Below are positions 24,845 through 35,502 of a DNA stretch of 48,828 nt, in pieces. Where the stretch lies: IMG/VR virus record IMGVR_UViG_3300045988_154803; one strand, given 5' to 3'. Position 1 is the first letter of the stretch. Each line of letters begins with the position of its first letter. Origin of the DNA: a virus (lineage: Duplodnaviria > Heunggongvirae > Uroviricota > Caudoviricetes). The position numbers were made by a program, and so were the translations under genes. The notes below the pieces were generated by a model that was not told the DNA's origin, ran no database searches, and saw only the letters and a list, made by a program, of their open reading frames with translations.

Positions 24845-25426
24845 TTAGCACTCGCCAATTAATCGTACATAAGACACAGGCTGACAAGCACCAACAATAC
24901 CGACACCACCAGAAACATTGGCTGCTTGCGAAAATGTAAATAATGTTCTTGCCGACTTTGCGCTCTTGATACTTCTTAACGTATCTTCCAACATCTCTTT
25001 CGAAGGAACGGCACCATCAAAAGAGTTAATCGAAGCAACAATTGAGGCTGTATATGGTTCGCCAGGTGGTGATGTTTCAAACCATTCTGTTATGTTTACC
25101 TCTCCACCCAAGCTATTTACTACATCTTCAACCGCTGCCCTTGTACCCTTTATTCGCTTTGTTCGTATTATTGATTTAAAAACAGAACGCTTTAACGATA
25201 CAGGCCAACTATCCCTCCATGTATCAGCATTCCATTGCCAAGCTAAATGATCGAGAACAACTGAGTCCAGGTTATCAACAACGCTATATATTTCTGTCTT
25301 ATATATTAAATTGTTAATTGCTTGTAGTTCATCATCAATAGCTTTCGACATAGCTATCACGTTGGGATCTCTAGCTAAGTTAGGAGGTAAAACATCCAAC
25401 AAGCTAACATTAAAGATATCAGCCAT
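24845..25426 (-). CDS. Baseplate protein, P2 gpI-like
   Basis: Operon position between gpJ-like and tail fibre; 193 aa. Confidence 0.65.
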   Translation of the reverse strand: MADIFNVSLLDVLPPNLARDPNVIAMSKAIDDELQAINNLIYKTEIYSVVDNLDSVVLDHLAWQWNADTWRDSWPVSLKRSVFKSIIRTKRIKGTRAAVEDVVNSLGGEVNITEWFETSPPGEPYTASIVASINSFDGAVPSKEMLEDTLRSIKSAKSARTLFTFSQAANVSGGVGIVGACQPVSYVRLIGEC

Positions 25427-26543
25427 CCTCTAACCCCGCATACTGGCAATTTATATTTCTCTCTCTGGCGACCTGCGTCTCTCCAACTACAGTAAATACA
25501 GGACTTGATATTTCTAATCTTTTAGCCCCGGCATTTTTTAAACGTTGAATAATTTCATCTGGATTTATATATCTTCCCATAACCGAACGTTGCCATTGTT
25601 TATACTCATCAAGAGCTTTCTCAACCTCACTTTGAATTAACGTTGTTCTGTTTTTGTCCGATGAGTTAATCCAGTATTTAATTATTATATCGTATTCAAT
25701 GCTCTCTGGTTTCTTAACAAGAACTTTATCTGTGAATGGTCGAATATTAGTTGCAGAGAGAACGCTATTTATCTGCTCTAATAGTTCATCAGAAGGTATA
25801 TCCCCGTTCTCTAACAAAGAACGGATTTCTACAGTTCCGGGCGATGGTGTATATACATTCACATCTTTTATATTCTGATTGGCTGTTCTTGTCCAATATT
25901 TATAAGAATCCTCCGGCCCTGCTGTAGACAGTTTTTCCGGCGACAGTTTTATTCTTTCAGCATAATTATCATCTGACTCTGTATCAGCACCAGAATTAGA
26001 TGTTGTTAGATTCCTTACGCTGGAAACATACGGCAACGGAGTCACCAACTCGTTTATTTGCCCAGGTAAAAATCCATTCCCCGATAAGCCAGGTATAACA
26101 GCATATCCTGAGACTGTACCAACTGTTTTCCCAGCTGGTATTTCCAACAAAACATCTGTTTGGAAAATAACACTATTTCCAGTTGAAATTTGAGTGCCAG
26201 CAGGTATTGTATATATCCCCGATAATTTTGTTGACAGATTAAACTCAAATGTAGTCAAGGCAGATTGAGCTTCCAGCCTAGGCGTATCCGTCAGATAGCC
26301 TATATGGTCGAGATATTCACCCCCACCATATGTAAGAAGGTTTTGTTTTGCAGAAAAATCGATAGCTTTTCTTTGCTGTATAATAATCTCACACAATGAC
26401 AAGATGAATAATCTACGTGGATCAGCAGGTGCTAATGTTTCACCTGTTATACTCTCAAAAGCCCTGATTGAACGAGTTGTTATATCAGTCGGGTTAGAAT
26501 CTGCGAAAGTAATATCTGGCAAACCACCGCGCGGCAACGTCAT
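25419..26543 (-). CDS. Baseplate protein, P2 gpJ-like
   Basis: 374 aa; position and size. Confidence 0.7.
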   Translation of the reverse strand: MTLPRGGLPDITFADSNPTDITTRSIRAFESITGETLAPADPRRLFILSLCEIIIQQRKAIDFSAKQNLLTYGGGEYLDHIGYLTDTPRLEAQSALTTFEFNLSTKLSGIYTIPAGTQISTGNSVIFQTDVLLEIPAGKTVGTVSGYAVIPGLSGNGFLPGQINELVTPLPYVSSVRNLTTSNSGADTESDDNYAERIKLSPEKLSTAGPEDSYKYWTRTANQNIKDVNVYTPSPGTVEIRSLLENGDIPSDELLEQINSVLSATNIRPFTDKVLVKKPESIEYDIIIKYWINSSDKNRTTLIQSEVEKALDEYKQWQRSVMGRYINPDEIIQRLKNAGAKRLEISSPVFTVVGETQVARERNINCQYAGLEDG

Positions 26544-26860
26544 TCTCTAACTCCTATCACAAGTTTTGGCCTAATAAAACCATCAGAAACGTCCGTTCTT
26601 TCAAAAGTAACAGAATGGATAATCGCTCTAGGCTCAAACTCACTAATTTTTTGAATTATTTCTCGTGTTGCTGTAGCAATAAAAATTGGGCTAGGGCTAT
26701 CAACAAGACTTGAATTAACTCCTAATTTTCTGGCATATGGTACAGTGCCAATCTGAGTATTAATAATAGTAGAGACATTTTGCAAAACTTCTTCTACAAC
26801 TGTTTTGGGCGACCAATCAATCGAGTAAGAAGGTGATGATATGGTAAACGTATTATTCAT
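26540..26860 (-). CDS. Baseplate protein, gpW/gp25-like
   Basis: 106 aa; position upstream of gpJ-like. Confidence 0.6.
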   Translation of the reverse strand: MNNTFTISSPSYSIDWSPKTVVEEVLQNVSTIINTQIGTVPYARKLGVNSSLVDSPSPIFIATATREIIQKISEFEPRAIIHSVTFERTDVSDGFIRPKLVIGVRE

Positions 26861-27324
26861 AATAATTTACCTAACGCACTTCTAGTTTTTGACTCTATAT
26901 TGCCAGCAATATCAACTAATGCTTCTTTCAGAGAGGTCTGTCCGACTTCCTGTAATTTAATGCCGACGATAATCACTCGTGGATTCCCAGTTGGACCGAA
27001 ATAAGTCCATGATTCCTCTATATCTGTAATTATAAAATTACCAAAATACTGAATACCAATTACAACAGGATTTACTTCCTGAATTGATTGCATTGTCCTA
27101 AGTAATGAAAGCGCAGCCAATGGAACAATGCCAAGTGTTGTATCCAACCGCATATTAAAACTAACTTCATCCAGATCTGGACCTATATCCTCCAGAACAG
27201 GTTTAAGCCCAATAACATCATGGCGCGCTACACGACGCTTTGACGTCCTTTTAAAATTGTTGAACGTATTCACCACTATTGATGAGGCAACAAAAGGCAT
27301 TGTACCAAGCATACCCACAATCAT
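26857..27324 (-). CDS. Putative baseplate/tail protein
   Basis: 155-aa ORF with coupled start/stop in baseplate operon. Confidence 0.35.
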   Translation of the reverse strand: MIVGMLGTMPFVASSIVVNTFNNFKRTSKRRVARHDVIGLKPVLEDIGPDLDEVSFNMRLDTTLGIVPLAALSLLRTMQSIQEVNPVVIGIQYFGNFIITDIEESWTYFGPTGNPRVIIVGIKLQEVGQTSLKEALVDIAGNIESKTRSALGKLL

Positions 27325-27941
27325 GCCTGAGCCTCCGTTGTCGGAGCGTATTCCCCCTGAGCCGTGTGATGGTGGCCTTTAGATTTAATCCCATCAACAT
27401 CTATATCACCACCAACAACCTTAACATCCCCAGAAATTGTAGCTGCAACACCTCCAGCAGAAGATCCTTTCATTCCACCTTTGAAGGTTAGTAATCCTTC
27501 AACTGTAGCATTTCCGGTAATGATGGTTTCTGGAGCATCAATAGTTACGGTTCCTGTAGCCTTAACGGTTACATCTCCGACAGCATCAACAAGGAGTAAA
27601 TTAGATTCTCTGTCTACCTCAATACGAGTTCCGTTATTAAATCTAATGACGCGTTTATTAACAGTATTAGATGGCGGCTTCTGTGTTTCATCATAAAAAC
27701 TACCAAGAATAAAACCTTGTTGCGGCCCTGCGGGATGAAAGATACACAAAACTTGCTCACCAATATCTGGCATCCAGTAATCAGCATTCTTATCCGTATT
27801 TTTCACAATAACTGATAACTTTGCCGAAGTGACGTTATCCTGATCATCGAAAGTAACTCTTGCTGTAACATCACCATCATCAATATCAGAAACAACGCCA
27901 ACTCTTATAGTCTGACGTAATAATGTTTCTAAATCATTCAT
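27321..27941 (-). CDS. Baseplate spike/hub protein, gpV-like
   Basis: 206 aa; Gly-rich beta-helix-like C-terminus with HHH. Confidence 0.65.
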   Translation of the reverse strand: MNDLETLLRQTIRVGVVSDIDDGDVTARVTFDDQDNVTSAKLSVIVKNTDKNADYWMPDIGEQVLCIFHPAGPQQGFILGSFYDETQKPPSNTVNKRVIRFNNGTRIEVDRESNLLLVDAVGDVTVKATGTVTIDAPETIITGNATVEGLLTFKGGMKGSSAGGVAATISGDVKVVGGDIDVDGIKSKGHHHTAQGEYAPTTEAQA

Positions 27942-27943
27942 AA

Positions 27944-28945
27944 TTAATACCCATTAATTACTCTTCGGACATCAATCGAGGTGGTATAACCACTAGCCCC
28001 AATTGAATGCACAGCTTTCGATATAAGATATTTTCCAGAAAATGAACCGAATCCGTCCAGATTTATAGTTACACCAGCTACCAATCTGGTGTCTCCAACC
28101 AATACTAAAGATCCTGTATTTTGATATCTATTTTTAAGCCGCAAAGCAGCCTTTGCCTTACGTTTTGCTTCATCTAAATTAGCTACCAGTTTTCTTATCT
28201 TAAGATTCGACCCTTCTTCTACGGATGGATCTACCCAAGTATACGAAAGCGACTTTCTTTTTTTAGGTACGCGATATTTGCACGTGCAACTTTTATACAA
28301 ATCTGTAGATTGTGTGCTAAAGCTATATCTGATTATCTCATCAATACCTAACGTAAGCGTAGCGATAGGATCTTTTTGCTCAAACATCTCTTGAGCAAAT
28401 ATTATTAATTGGCTATCAGTGACCTTTAACGACAACCCTTCATCCTGGCATAGTCGATGGAGAAATTTTAAATCGCTTTCCTCCATTTGATCTTCACGCG
28501 CATAATATGGATTACTATCACCATCAATAAGAAACAACAGTTCAAGGTTAGCTAATTTAGCTATAGAGGTTGCTATATCTTTAAGAGTTGTTTTTTCCCA
28601 TGCATTACTTTTTAAATCACGTCTAATGCCTGATGAAACAGGAACAGAAACAGCAGTCACCTCAACAACAGAAGGTGGTCCAGAGCAAGTTATGCCATCT
28701 ACCTGGAATTTCCCGCACTCAAGGACGATTTGATTTATAGGCTTAAAGCTCAAATCAATAAAATCACCCTTTTTAGGTGTCCAGTCTCCAGACCATTTCC
28801 CATCATCATTTTTTAATATAATAGAAATATCATCGACCTGACCATCTTCATTATCTGTATAAGACATTGACAAAACATCAGGTGACATATGAGCGGTAAT
28901 ATTTACATTCTGATATATAACATCAAAAAGCGTTTTACGTAACAC
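27944..28945 (-). CDS. Tail protein gpD-like (late control D / baseplate hub)
   Basis: 333 aa; position between gpX-like and spike. Confidence 0.7.
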   Translation of the reverse strand: MLRKTLFDVIYQNVNITAHMSPDVLSMSYTDNEDGQVDDISIILKNDDGKWSGDWTPKKGDFIDLSFKPINQIVLECGKFQVDGITCSGPPSVVEVTAVSVPVSSGIRRDLKSNAWEKTTLKDIATSIAKLANLELLFLIDGDSNPYYAREDQMEESDLKFLHRLCQDEGLSLKVTDSQLIIFAQEMFEQKDPIATLTLGIDEIIRYSFSTQSTDLYKSCTCKYRVPKKRKSLSYTWVDPSVEEGSNLKIRKLVANLDEAKRKAKAALRLKNRYQNTGSLVLVGDTRLVAGVTINLDGFGSFSGKYLISKAVHSIGASGYTTSIDVRRVINGY

Positions 28946-29153
28946 TATTGCGTCTCCACGGAGGCAAATTGTTTACTGATATTGGCATAACCGGAGCATC
29001 AGGAACTTTAAGAATAATTCCCGCAGAAAAAAGCACCGTAAAGCGGTGCTCAGTATTAGCATCAATAAGAAGATAAGACAGGTACTCATTACCATACAAC
29101 TTTAACGCGATACTATCCCATGAGTCCCCTTGAACCGTTCTATAATCATCCAA
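28935..29153 (-). CDS. Tail protein X-like (LysM-like)
   Basis: 72 aa; TVQGDSWDSIALKLYG LysM-like motif. Confidence 0.6.
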   Translation of the reverse strand: MDDYRTVQGDSWDSIALKLYGNEYLSYLLIDANTEHRFTVLFSAGIILKVPDAPVMPISVNNLPPWRRNSVT

Positions 29154-31938
29154 AACTTAATCTCCGTTGTTGGAACATATGAGCACTCAATTTCTTCTCA
29201 AAATCAGAATATCCCGCATCTAATGCTCTTTTAGCTGCCGCCTCAGTTTCCTTTGGTGAACCAGCCGGAAGATTGATTACAGGTGAATAGGTTATTCCAC
29301 CAGTCACAGCATTAACGTTCTGGCGAGGTCCAGAAGTCCCGGCGGCAGATATCCCGTGAGGTGATAAATTTGATTGCCCGAACTTGGTTGCTATTGCATT
29401 CTGTAAGCTGTTATTCCTGCTAACGCCTGATGCCAGAGTAGTCATTATTGCACCACCTGACTTTGTTAGCTGTGAGAATGGACCTTTTTTCGCGTCAGAG
29501 AACGGTAAATACTCACGTACAGAAGAAAAAACGCCTTTCACTTCATTAATTAAAGCATTTGCTTTTGATTTTATCCCAGTGATTAACGTCTCAATTATTT
29601 TTGCGCCTGACTCACTCCAGTTTATTCCAGACAAATAAGCCGTTACAGATTGGAATGCTCTTATAAAGAGTCCAACTGGTGAAAAACGCATAAAAACAGA
29701 TACCAGTGTATCTATGATTTTCTTTCCTGTTTCGCTCCAGTTAATACCAGAAAGGTAATTTGTTGTAAGTTTAAATGCTTTAATTAAGAACGGAAGCGGA
29801 GACATCCATTTAAAAGCACTAATTAATGTACTGTAAATTCTTACTCCTGCCGAACTCCAGTTTATGTTGGAAAGATAATCCCATGCTTTACCAAACATAG
29901 ATATAATCCATCCATTGAGATCAAAGTTTAAGATAAAGTTTTTTATAGCTTCAAACGATTTAACTGTATATTCCTTAACAGAAGGCCAAACTCTGACAGC
30001 ATAATCTCTGATCTTATCCCAGTTCTGATAGAGCAATATTCCTGCGGCAACCAGCGCAGATATAGCCATCTGAATCCACCCGAAGGGTGTTAGCTTTGTC
30101 GCTACAGATAAAGCCAGCATAGCTACCCTACACGCTATAACCACACTTTTCATGGTTAGAAACGCACCTGCCGCCATCACAATCTGAGACACAAAATTGG
30201 GGTTGTTAGCTACAAATTCACTAATTTTTGTAATCAGCGGAACCAAAACACTAAGCGCGGCATTCAAAGCAGGTTGCAAGGCCTGACCAAAACTTAATGA
30301 TGCATTGCTAGCCTGAATACGTAATTGTTTCAATCGCTCCGCATTGTCTTTCGTTATGTTGGCAAAATCGCGGTCAATAACAGCACTTCCAGCACCAAGA
30401 GATGTTGCTTTGATTCTCTGGTATTCCTTCCAGTTTTGAATCATCGGACGAACAAAGTTCTGAACCTGCATATCGCCAAATAGCTCACCAAGTAACTTCT
30501 GATCTCCGTTCTTAGTCATTTTCATGACAGAATGCATTGCAGCTTCGAATGGATTCTTCCCTTTTTTCTGCGCTGTTGTGACAATTTTATATAAATCTAC
30601 ACCGAAATTTTTCTTTGCTTTTTTTAGTGTTTCAGGGGAAAGTATTTTCGCCAAAAAGTTGTTCATATTATTAGCAGCCTCATCCGAAGTTGCAGCACCT
30701 TTGCGAGCTATCTGCAAAGCTGCCCCCATCGTCGCGGCGGCTTCTTTACCTCCCATTTTTAATGCCTGGAACTGAGCACCAAGCACAGGAAGATTTTTGG
30801 CCATATCTTTAAATTCAAAGTTTCCCTCTTTCCCTGCCTGAACCAGAATCCCCATTGCAGACTTCATTTGAGATGGATCAATCTTCAATGAGTCACTTAA
30901 TGTAAATGATGCTTTCGAGACATCGAGGATATCAGAGCCAGTAGCTGTAGCTGTTCGCCCAATAGTTAGTAGATTCGCCTGAGCCTCTTTATAATCCTGC
31001 CCAGCAGCGACGAGAAAACCCTGAGCGGCCTGAATATCAGATGCAAACTGGTTGGTGGCCGTTCCGGTAACAAGCATCGCCTGCCCCATCGCCTGAACTT
31101 CTTCCGGCTTCATATCTGCCGTAAGACCAATCATTTTGTTTTCACGATTGAAATTTGCTGCATTGTTAGCAGCAGCAAATGCACCAGCCGCTACAGCACC
31201 AGTTTGTAATCCTGACCTTACAAGTTGACTCTTTGCCTCACCAAGATGCTCTCGCTTCAATTCACGCTGCCTTTCCAACGCGCGGTTTAACTCCTCCTGA
31301 GCACGTTTTACTGCAAGAACATTTTTCCGTGCTTCAGCCAACGCATTTTTATAGCTGTTAATTTTATCAATACGTTGTTTTTCTAATGCCCGGTTAAGTT
31401 CCTCCTGCTGTTTTTTCACTTGCTGAACATTTGCTCTGGCTAAAGCCAAAGCCGTTCTGTAGCGGTTAACCTGCTCAACGCTACGGACCTGAGCCTCACG
31501 ATTACGATCAATGCTGGCTTTAAGCTCTTTCTCTCTTGAGGCCAAAGCTCTGGCAGATGTATCAGCTCCCTGATAGGCAGACTTTAAAGCGGCCAGTTCT
31601 TCACGCTGAGAACGTAGTGATGCTCGTAAATTCGATGAATGTGTTTTTGCCTTCTCAAAGTCACGAAGCATCGCTCTGGTTGGATTGGCCGTGTTTTTTA
31701 TTTGCTTCTGTAACTCTTCAACGCGAGCGGCAGCTTTATGATATTCGAGGGCAGTCTGTCCAACCTTTACTTTTACAGATTGTAGCTTTTGAATTTCCCC
31801 ATGTTCTTTCGTTAATCCAGCAAGCTCGGCATTTAATTTAGCAACAGCCTGATTAGCTGTAGTAAAACTTTTGGGGAGAGAGGCGGCAACTTTGCCGCCA
31901 ATTTCAAAAGCCAGCTTAAAGTTCTTATTGCTGGCCAT
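29146..31938 (-). CDS. Tail tape measure protein
   Basis: 930 aa; N-terminal coiled-coil repeats, central hydrophobic segment, size and position after chaperone. Confidence 0.9.
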   Translation of the reverse strand: MASNKNFKLAFEIGGKVAASLPKSFTTANQAVAKLNAELAGLTKEHGEIQKLQSVKVKVGQTALEYHKAAARVEELQKQIKNTANPTRAMLRDFEKAKTHSSNLRASLRSQREELAALKSAYQGADTSARALASREKELKASIDRNREAQVRSVEQVNRYRTALALARANVQQVKKQQEELNRALEKQRIDKINSYKNALAEARKNVLAVKRAQEELNRALERQRELKREHLGEAKSQLVRSGLQTGAVAAGAFAAANNAANFNRENKMIGLTADMKPEEVQAMGQAMLVTGTATNQFASDIQAAQGFLVAAGQDYKEAQANLLTIGRTATATGSDILDVSKASFTLSDSLKIDPSQMKSAMGILVQAGKEGNFEFKDMAKNLPVLGAQFQALKMGGKEAAATMGAALQIARKGAATSDEAANNMNNFLAKILSPETLKKAKKNFGVDLYKIVTTAQKKGKNPFEAAMHSVMKMTKNGDQKLLGELFGDMQVQNFVRPMIQNWKEYQRIKATSLGAGSAVIDRDFANITKDNAERLKQLRIQASNASLSFGQALQPALNAALSVLVPLITKISEFVANNPNFVSQIVMAAGAFLTMKSVVIACRVAMLALSVATKLTPFGWIQMAISALVAAGILLYQNWDKIRDYAVRVWPSVKEYTVKSFEAIKNFILNFDLNGWIISMFGKAWDYLSNINWSSAGVRIYSTLISAFKWMSPLPFLIKAFKLTTNYLSGINWSETGKKIIDTLVSVFMRFSPVGLFIRAFQSVTAYLSGINWSESGAKIIETLITGIKSKANALINEVKGVFSSVREYLPFSDAKKGPFSQLTKSGGAIMTTLASGVSRNNSLQNAIATKFGQSNLSPHGISAAGTSGPRQNVNAVTGGITYSPVINLPAGSPKETEAAAKRALDAGYSDFEKKLSAHMFQQRRLSFG

Positions 31939-31943
31939 TAGTA

Positions 31944-32374
31944 TTAATCCTCATTAAACACATCAATCCATGCGACGATTCGCCTCAACCGAAGCGAAAG
32001 CCAGTAGGATATAGGTGTTGATTGAGATGATTGAGATAGAGAACTCGCGGCCCTCATTATTTGCTTATCAATAGGTTTTTGCTCATCAAAACCTACGAGA
32101 GCAAAAAATTCTGTACCTTTTGACAAACTTTAACAAAGTCTTTCGCTGGCAATCCATTCAGATACTCTATTGGACGGCCAATACAGCGAGCAGCCAAGGC
32201 TGCATGGACTTTATTATCAAGTGATGTTTGAACTGAAACATGCCCTTGAGATTGCAGTAAGTCCGATACCTCTAAAATATCACTGCCTTTTAGGTTGTCT
32301 AAATCAAGGTTGAGTTCAGTCACCGGCTCAAAGTCTTCAAAACGATATTCTTTACTTAATTTAACGGTTTCCAT
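31944..32374 (-). CDS. Tail assembly chaperone pair with programmed -1 frameshift (G/GT- or E/E'-like)
   Basis: 93-aa ORF (32093-32374) overlaps 60-aa ORF (31944-32126) in -1 frame; slippery T_TTT_TTG at 32102-32108 on minus strand. Confidence 0.7.
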
Positions 32375-32383
32375 TTTGTCACC

Positions 32384-32905
32384 TTATAAACCTAAATCAT
32401 CACGAACGCTTTTTAATATATCTTCACCATCAAAGATACAAATAAAGTTCAACTTATCAATTTCCAAGACTTCTTTTCCATCAATAAATAATTTGATATA
32501 GAGAACTTCAAATTCATTCTCTGAATCAGTAGCCTTTGCCACCTGTAGCGAACCTAAATCCAGTTTTTTAGGGTTTAGCTTCATTGAAGCCCGAATAGGA
32601 ACCGTTTTATATTTTCCTGTTCCTGCATCATAAACCTGCTGGCTACCGCGAAAATCTACCTGATGCGATGAGGATAGAAATAATTTTGTACCAGCAGAGG
32701 TCAGAGTTCGCCATTTAAGAGAGACAGTCATTGGTTTGAAATGCCCCAGCGTTCCGCTCTCAAGCTCTCCAGCGATACCTGCACCACTAACAGTTTCTGT
32801 CATCATCTCAATTGATGGCAGCTTTGCGTCAGCAACACCGATAATACGGTTTCCCTCACCGTATACTGTAAAGTTAATAAGTCTCTCAGGAATTTGATTG
32901 CTCAA
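32384..32905 (-). CDS. Tail tube protein (P2 FII-like)
   Basis: 173 aa; directly downstream of sheath. Confidence 0.75.
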   Translation of the reverse strand: MSNQIPERLINFTVYGEGNRIIGVADAKLPSIEMMTETVSGAGIAGELESGTLGHFKPMTVSLKWRTLTSAGTKLFLSSSHQVDFRGSQQVYDAGTGKYKTVPIRASMKLNPKKLDLGSLQVAKATDSENEFEVLYIKLFIDGKEVLEIDKLNFICIFDGEDILKSVRDDLGL

Positions 32906-32921
32906 AGCAACCTCCTATTAT

Positions 32922-34385
32922 TTATTCAGAAAACAAGTTCAGCAGATAATCAGGATTATATTCCATGACGAACTCTATATCTCTGGCAGGTGAGAATGGT
33001 GTCATTTTTACATGGAATTTAACAATCCCGTCCATCAATGACGTAATCGTGTTTTCAGATTGATCAAAGGTAACAACACCACCTGCAATATCCTGATTAC
33101 CTGTGAGGCCGTTAAGCCAAATATTCGCACTTGTAACAATCGATTCAATTAATCGACGGTTTGCAGGATTGTCTATTTTTGACCAATGCGAAAGAATTAA
33201 CGTATTACCCACCCAGTTAAACATACGTCGGCAAACACGAAATGCGTCTTTGGGGTCTGTAGATGTTGGATAAATAGCATTACGGTTTCCCCATGATTTC
33301 CAACCATCAAAATTAAGGCTTGTTACAATCCCCTGTCCATTTAAGTAGTTTGCCTGGCTAATGTTAAGCCATACTTCACTGCCATCTTTACGTACAGCAC
33401 CGTCCATCTGTAGTTTTATATTTGACGGAGAACGTGATGGAATATCACCATACTGACTATCCAGCAAGCATGTTGCGGCCGCTAAATGGGTTGAGTGATG
33501 GTAAATATTGTCACCAAGTTTCACCATCGGCCAGCACACTGTCTGGTTAGCGGCCATGTGATTATTGTTCTGTTTCCATTCAGGAACAGCCGAGTAATCA
33601 CTGATAGTAGATTTATCGGTCGGTGCATCAGTTATGGCTTCTGCTTTGAACAATTCACTAATCAACGCGGCTTTAGCCGCCATTAGCTGACCAACTTCAC
33701 TATCAGAACTAAATCCAGGCGCAATCACTTGTCCAGGAACCAACTTGAAGCGGGGATACACATCAGACAGTAACTCAAGCCCTGTATTGGCTTTAGTGTT
33801 GGAATCCACACCACCGATAATGTCATTTTTAGTTACGGCACCGGGATCAAGATGCGTATAACTAACCTTAAGAGTAGCGTCTTTTTCGGTAATTTTTCCT
33901 CCGCTAATAGCGGTAATGACCGTATAGCCATTATCATCCAGCGCCAGCACATAATCGGTGTCAACCGTTAATCCTGCCGAATCACCATCTGCTTTTTTCA
34001 CAACAACAGATTTATATAAGACACCATCGTTAGAGAGCGTACCTTTCCCGCCAGAAAGTTTTACTACCTCATCAGTTACGTCTTTCTTATGCTTTGCTGG
34101 ATCAAGCACATTAATAAATACAACTGGCGCAACACCATATATTCCAAATGCGACTTTAATTACTTCGCTTAAAGTATATTTCTCGAAGTTTGTGCTATAT
34201 CCTATTTTAGATACGGCCTCTGCGTATGTATAAGCAATGATAGGTTTATTTACCGCTGAGGCTGGATCTTCTAACTGATTAACAGGAGCTGTACCAAATG
34301 CGACAATCAACCCAGCACTAACTTGTACTGGAGGAGTTATAGATGTAGCCAGCTCAGATATATAAATACCGTGGCGATATCCCAT
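32922..34385 (-). CDS. Contractile tail sheath protein (P2 FI-like)
   Basis: 487 aa; position and size. Confidence 0.85.
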   Translation of the reverse strand: MGYRHGIYISELATSITPPVQVSAGLIVAFGTAPVNQLEDPASAVNKPIIAYTYAEAVSKIGYSTNFEKYTLSEVIKVAFGIYGVAPVVFINVLDPAKHKKDVTDEVVKLSGGKGTLSNDGVLYKSVVVKKADGDSAGLTVDTDYVLALDDNGYTVITAISGGKITEKDATLKVSYTHLDPGAVTKNDIIGGVDSNTKANTGLELLSDVYPRFKLVPGQVIAPGFSSDSEVGQLMAAKAALISELFKAEAITDAPTDKSTISDYSAVPEWKQNNNHMAANQTVCWPMVKLGDNIYHHSTHLAAATCLLDSQYGDIPSRSPSNIKLQMDGAVRKDGSEVWLNISQANYLNGQGIVTSLNFDGWKSWGNRNAIYPTSTDPKDAFRVCRRMFNWVGNTLILSHWSKIDNPANRRLIESIVTSANIWLNGLTGNQDIAGGVVTFDQSENTITSLMDGIVKFHVKMTPFSPARDIEFVMEYNPDYLLNLFSE

Positions 34386-34675
34386 TATTTAATCTCCATG
34401 ATAGAAGAAGAAACTCTAGAGTACATTACATACTCGACACTGGTTTTATCAGAAAGTCTTTTTTCTGCATCTGCAAAATCACTGGTTGCCACAAACAAAC
34501 ACTTTGCACCAGGAATATGTGATATTAATTTTTTACACTCTGGAGATAAACCATTCTTAAATAGTTTATGCTTCAAAATTGAGAGTTGAGGGATTGTTGG
34601 CCCTATATATACAAATGTTTGAGCAACATCTTCCTTCTTTTCTATATCTTCTTTACTACTTTTCTTATTAGCCAT
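34385..34675 (-). CDS. Hypothetical virion-module protein
   Basis: 96-aa ORF between head and tail blocks. Confidence 0.35.
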   Translation of the reverse strand: MANKKSSKEDIEKKEDVAQTFVYIGPTIPQLSILKHKLFKNGLSPECKKLISHIPGAKCLFVATSDFADAEKRLSDKTSVEYVMYSRVSSSIMEIK

Positions 34676-35161
34676 TTAGATAAACTCCTGAGACTGAATA
34701 TTCTGAGGCTTTAATACTAGCCACGTTCCAGTTGCTTCCGTTATCCAATATGGATATGGTTGATCATCAAACATTCGCCATCTGATATCACCCTGAAAGA
34801 GAAATTTCTCTTCAAGTAAAGGCTTCTCCTGAAAATGAAACATCATCCTTTCAAGAAGAGCCATTACCCATTCATATCCAGTATGGTCCTCACAAAAACC
34901 ACCTAGAAGAAACTTAACCTTAACTTCATCCGTTTCAGGCTGCATTCCTCCTTCCGTGGGCCTGATAATCACATGAGGAAATTCTGGCGGTTTATCTGGA
35001 GATGGTTGTGATTTAGGAGGCAAGTACCCTTTAAATATTGTTGGAACAAACAATTTAATATCGCTGTCTGTTTCATCATAAGGAGGCCCCTGCACTAATA
35101 AATCATGGAAAACCTCATGTTCCAACCGATTTTTTATTGCATCTATCAAAAGATTAATCAA
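34676..35161 (-). CDS. Putative tail completion/neck protein
   Basis: 161-aa ORF; position. Confidence 0.35.
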   Translation of the reverse strand: MINLLIDAIKNRLEHEVFHDLLVQGPPYDETDSDIKLFVPTIFKGYLPPKSQPSPDKPPEFPHVIIRPTEGGMQPETDEVKVKFLLGGFCEDHTGYEWVMALLERMMFHFQEKPLLEEKFLFQGDIRWRMFDDQPYPYWITEATGTWLVLKPQNIQSQEFI

Positions 35162-35502
35162 ATCGGCATTCCTCTGTTAGTATTAACAGTGAGAGTTATT
35201 TCCAATACACCAACATTATCTGATACTTCATCAATAATATAATTTTTACCGTTGATTTTCATTGACTGGTCTTTGACAGGGAGAACAGGAAAATCTTTTC
35301 TTGAAACAAATAATATTATTTGCCCCTGATTTATTCCCTCTGCAAACTCAGCATATGAGCGTTTATTCCGCTCATGAATAAGGTCTGTATCAATAACGGC
35401 AAGGATATCCTTGCCGTCTATGTTATATGTATCGGCAAACTCTTTTTCATTGAGGAATATTGCAGAAATATCTTGCGCTATAACCTCTTTGAAGGAGTTC
35501 AT
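35158..35502 (-). CDS. Putative head-tail joining protein
   Basis: 114-aa ORF; position. Confidence 0.35.
   Translation of the reverse strand: MNSFKEVIAQDISAIFLNEKEFADTYNIDGKDILAVIDTDLIHERNKRSYAEFAEGINQGQIILFVSRKDFPVLPVKDQSMKINGKNYIIDEVSDNVGVLEITLTVNTNRGMPI

Noticed and set aside
29384-31841. Several 60-100-aa plus-strand ORFs inside the tape-measure gene
   Set aside because: Antisense to a long, well-supported gene; typical spurious ORFs in a repetitive coiled-coil coding region.
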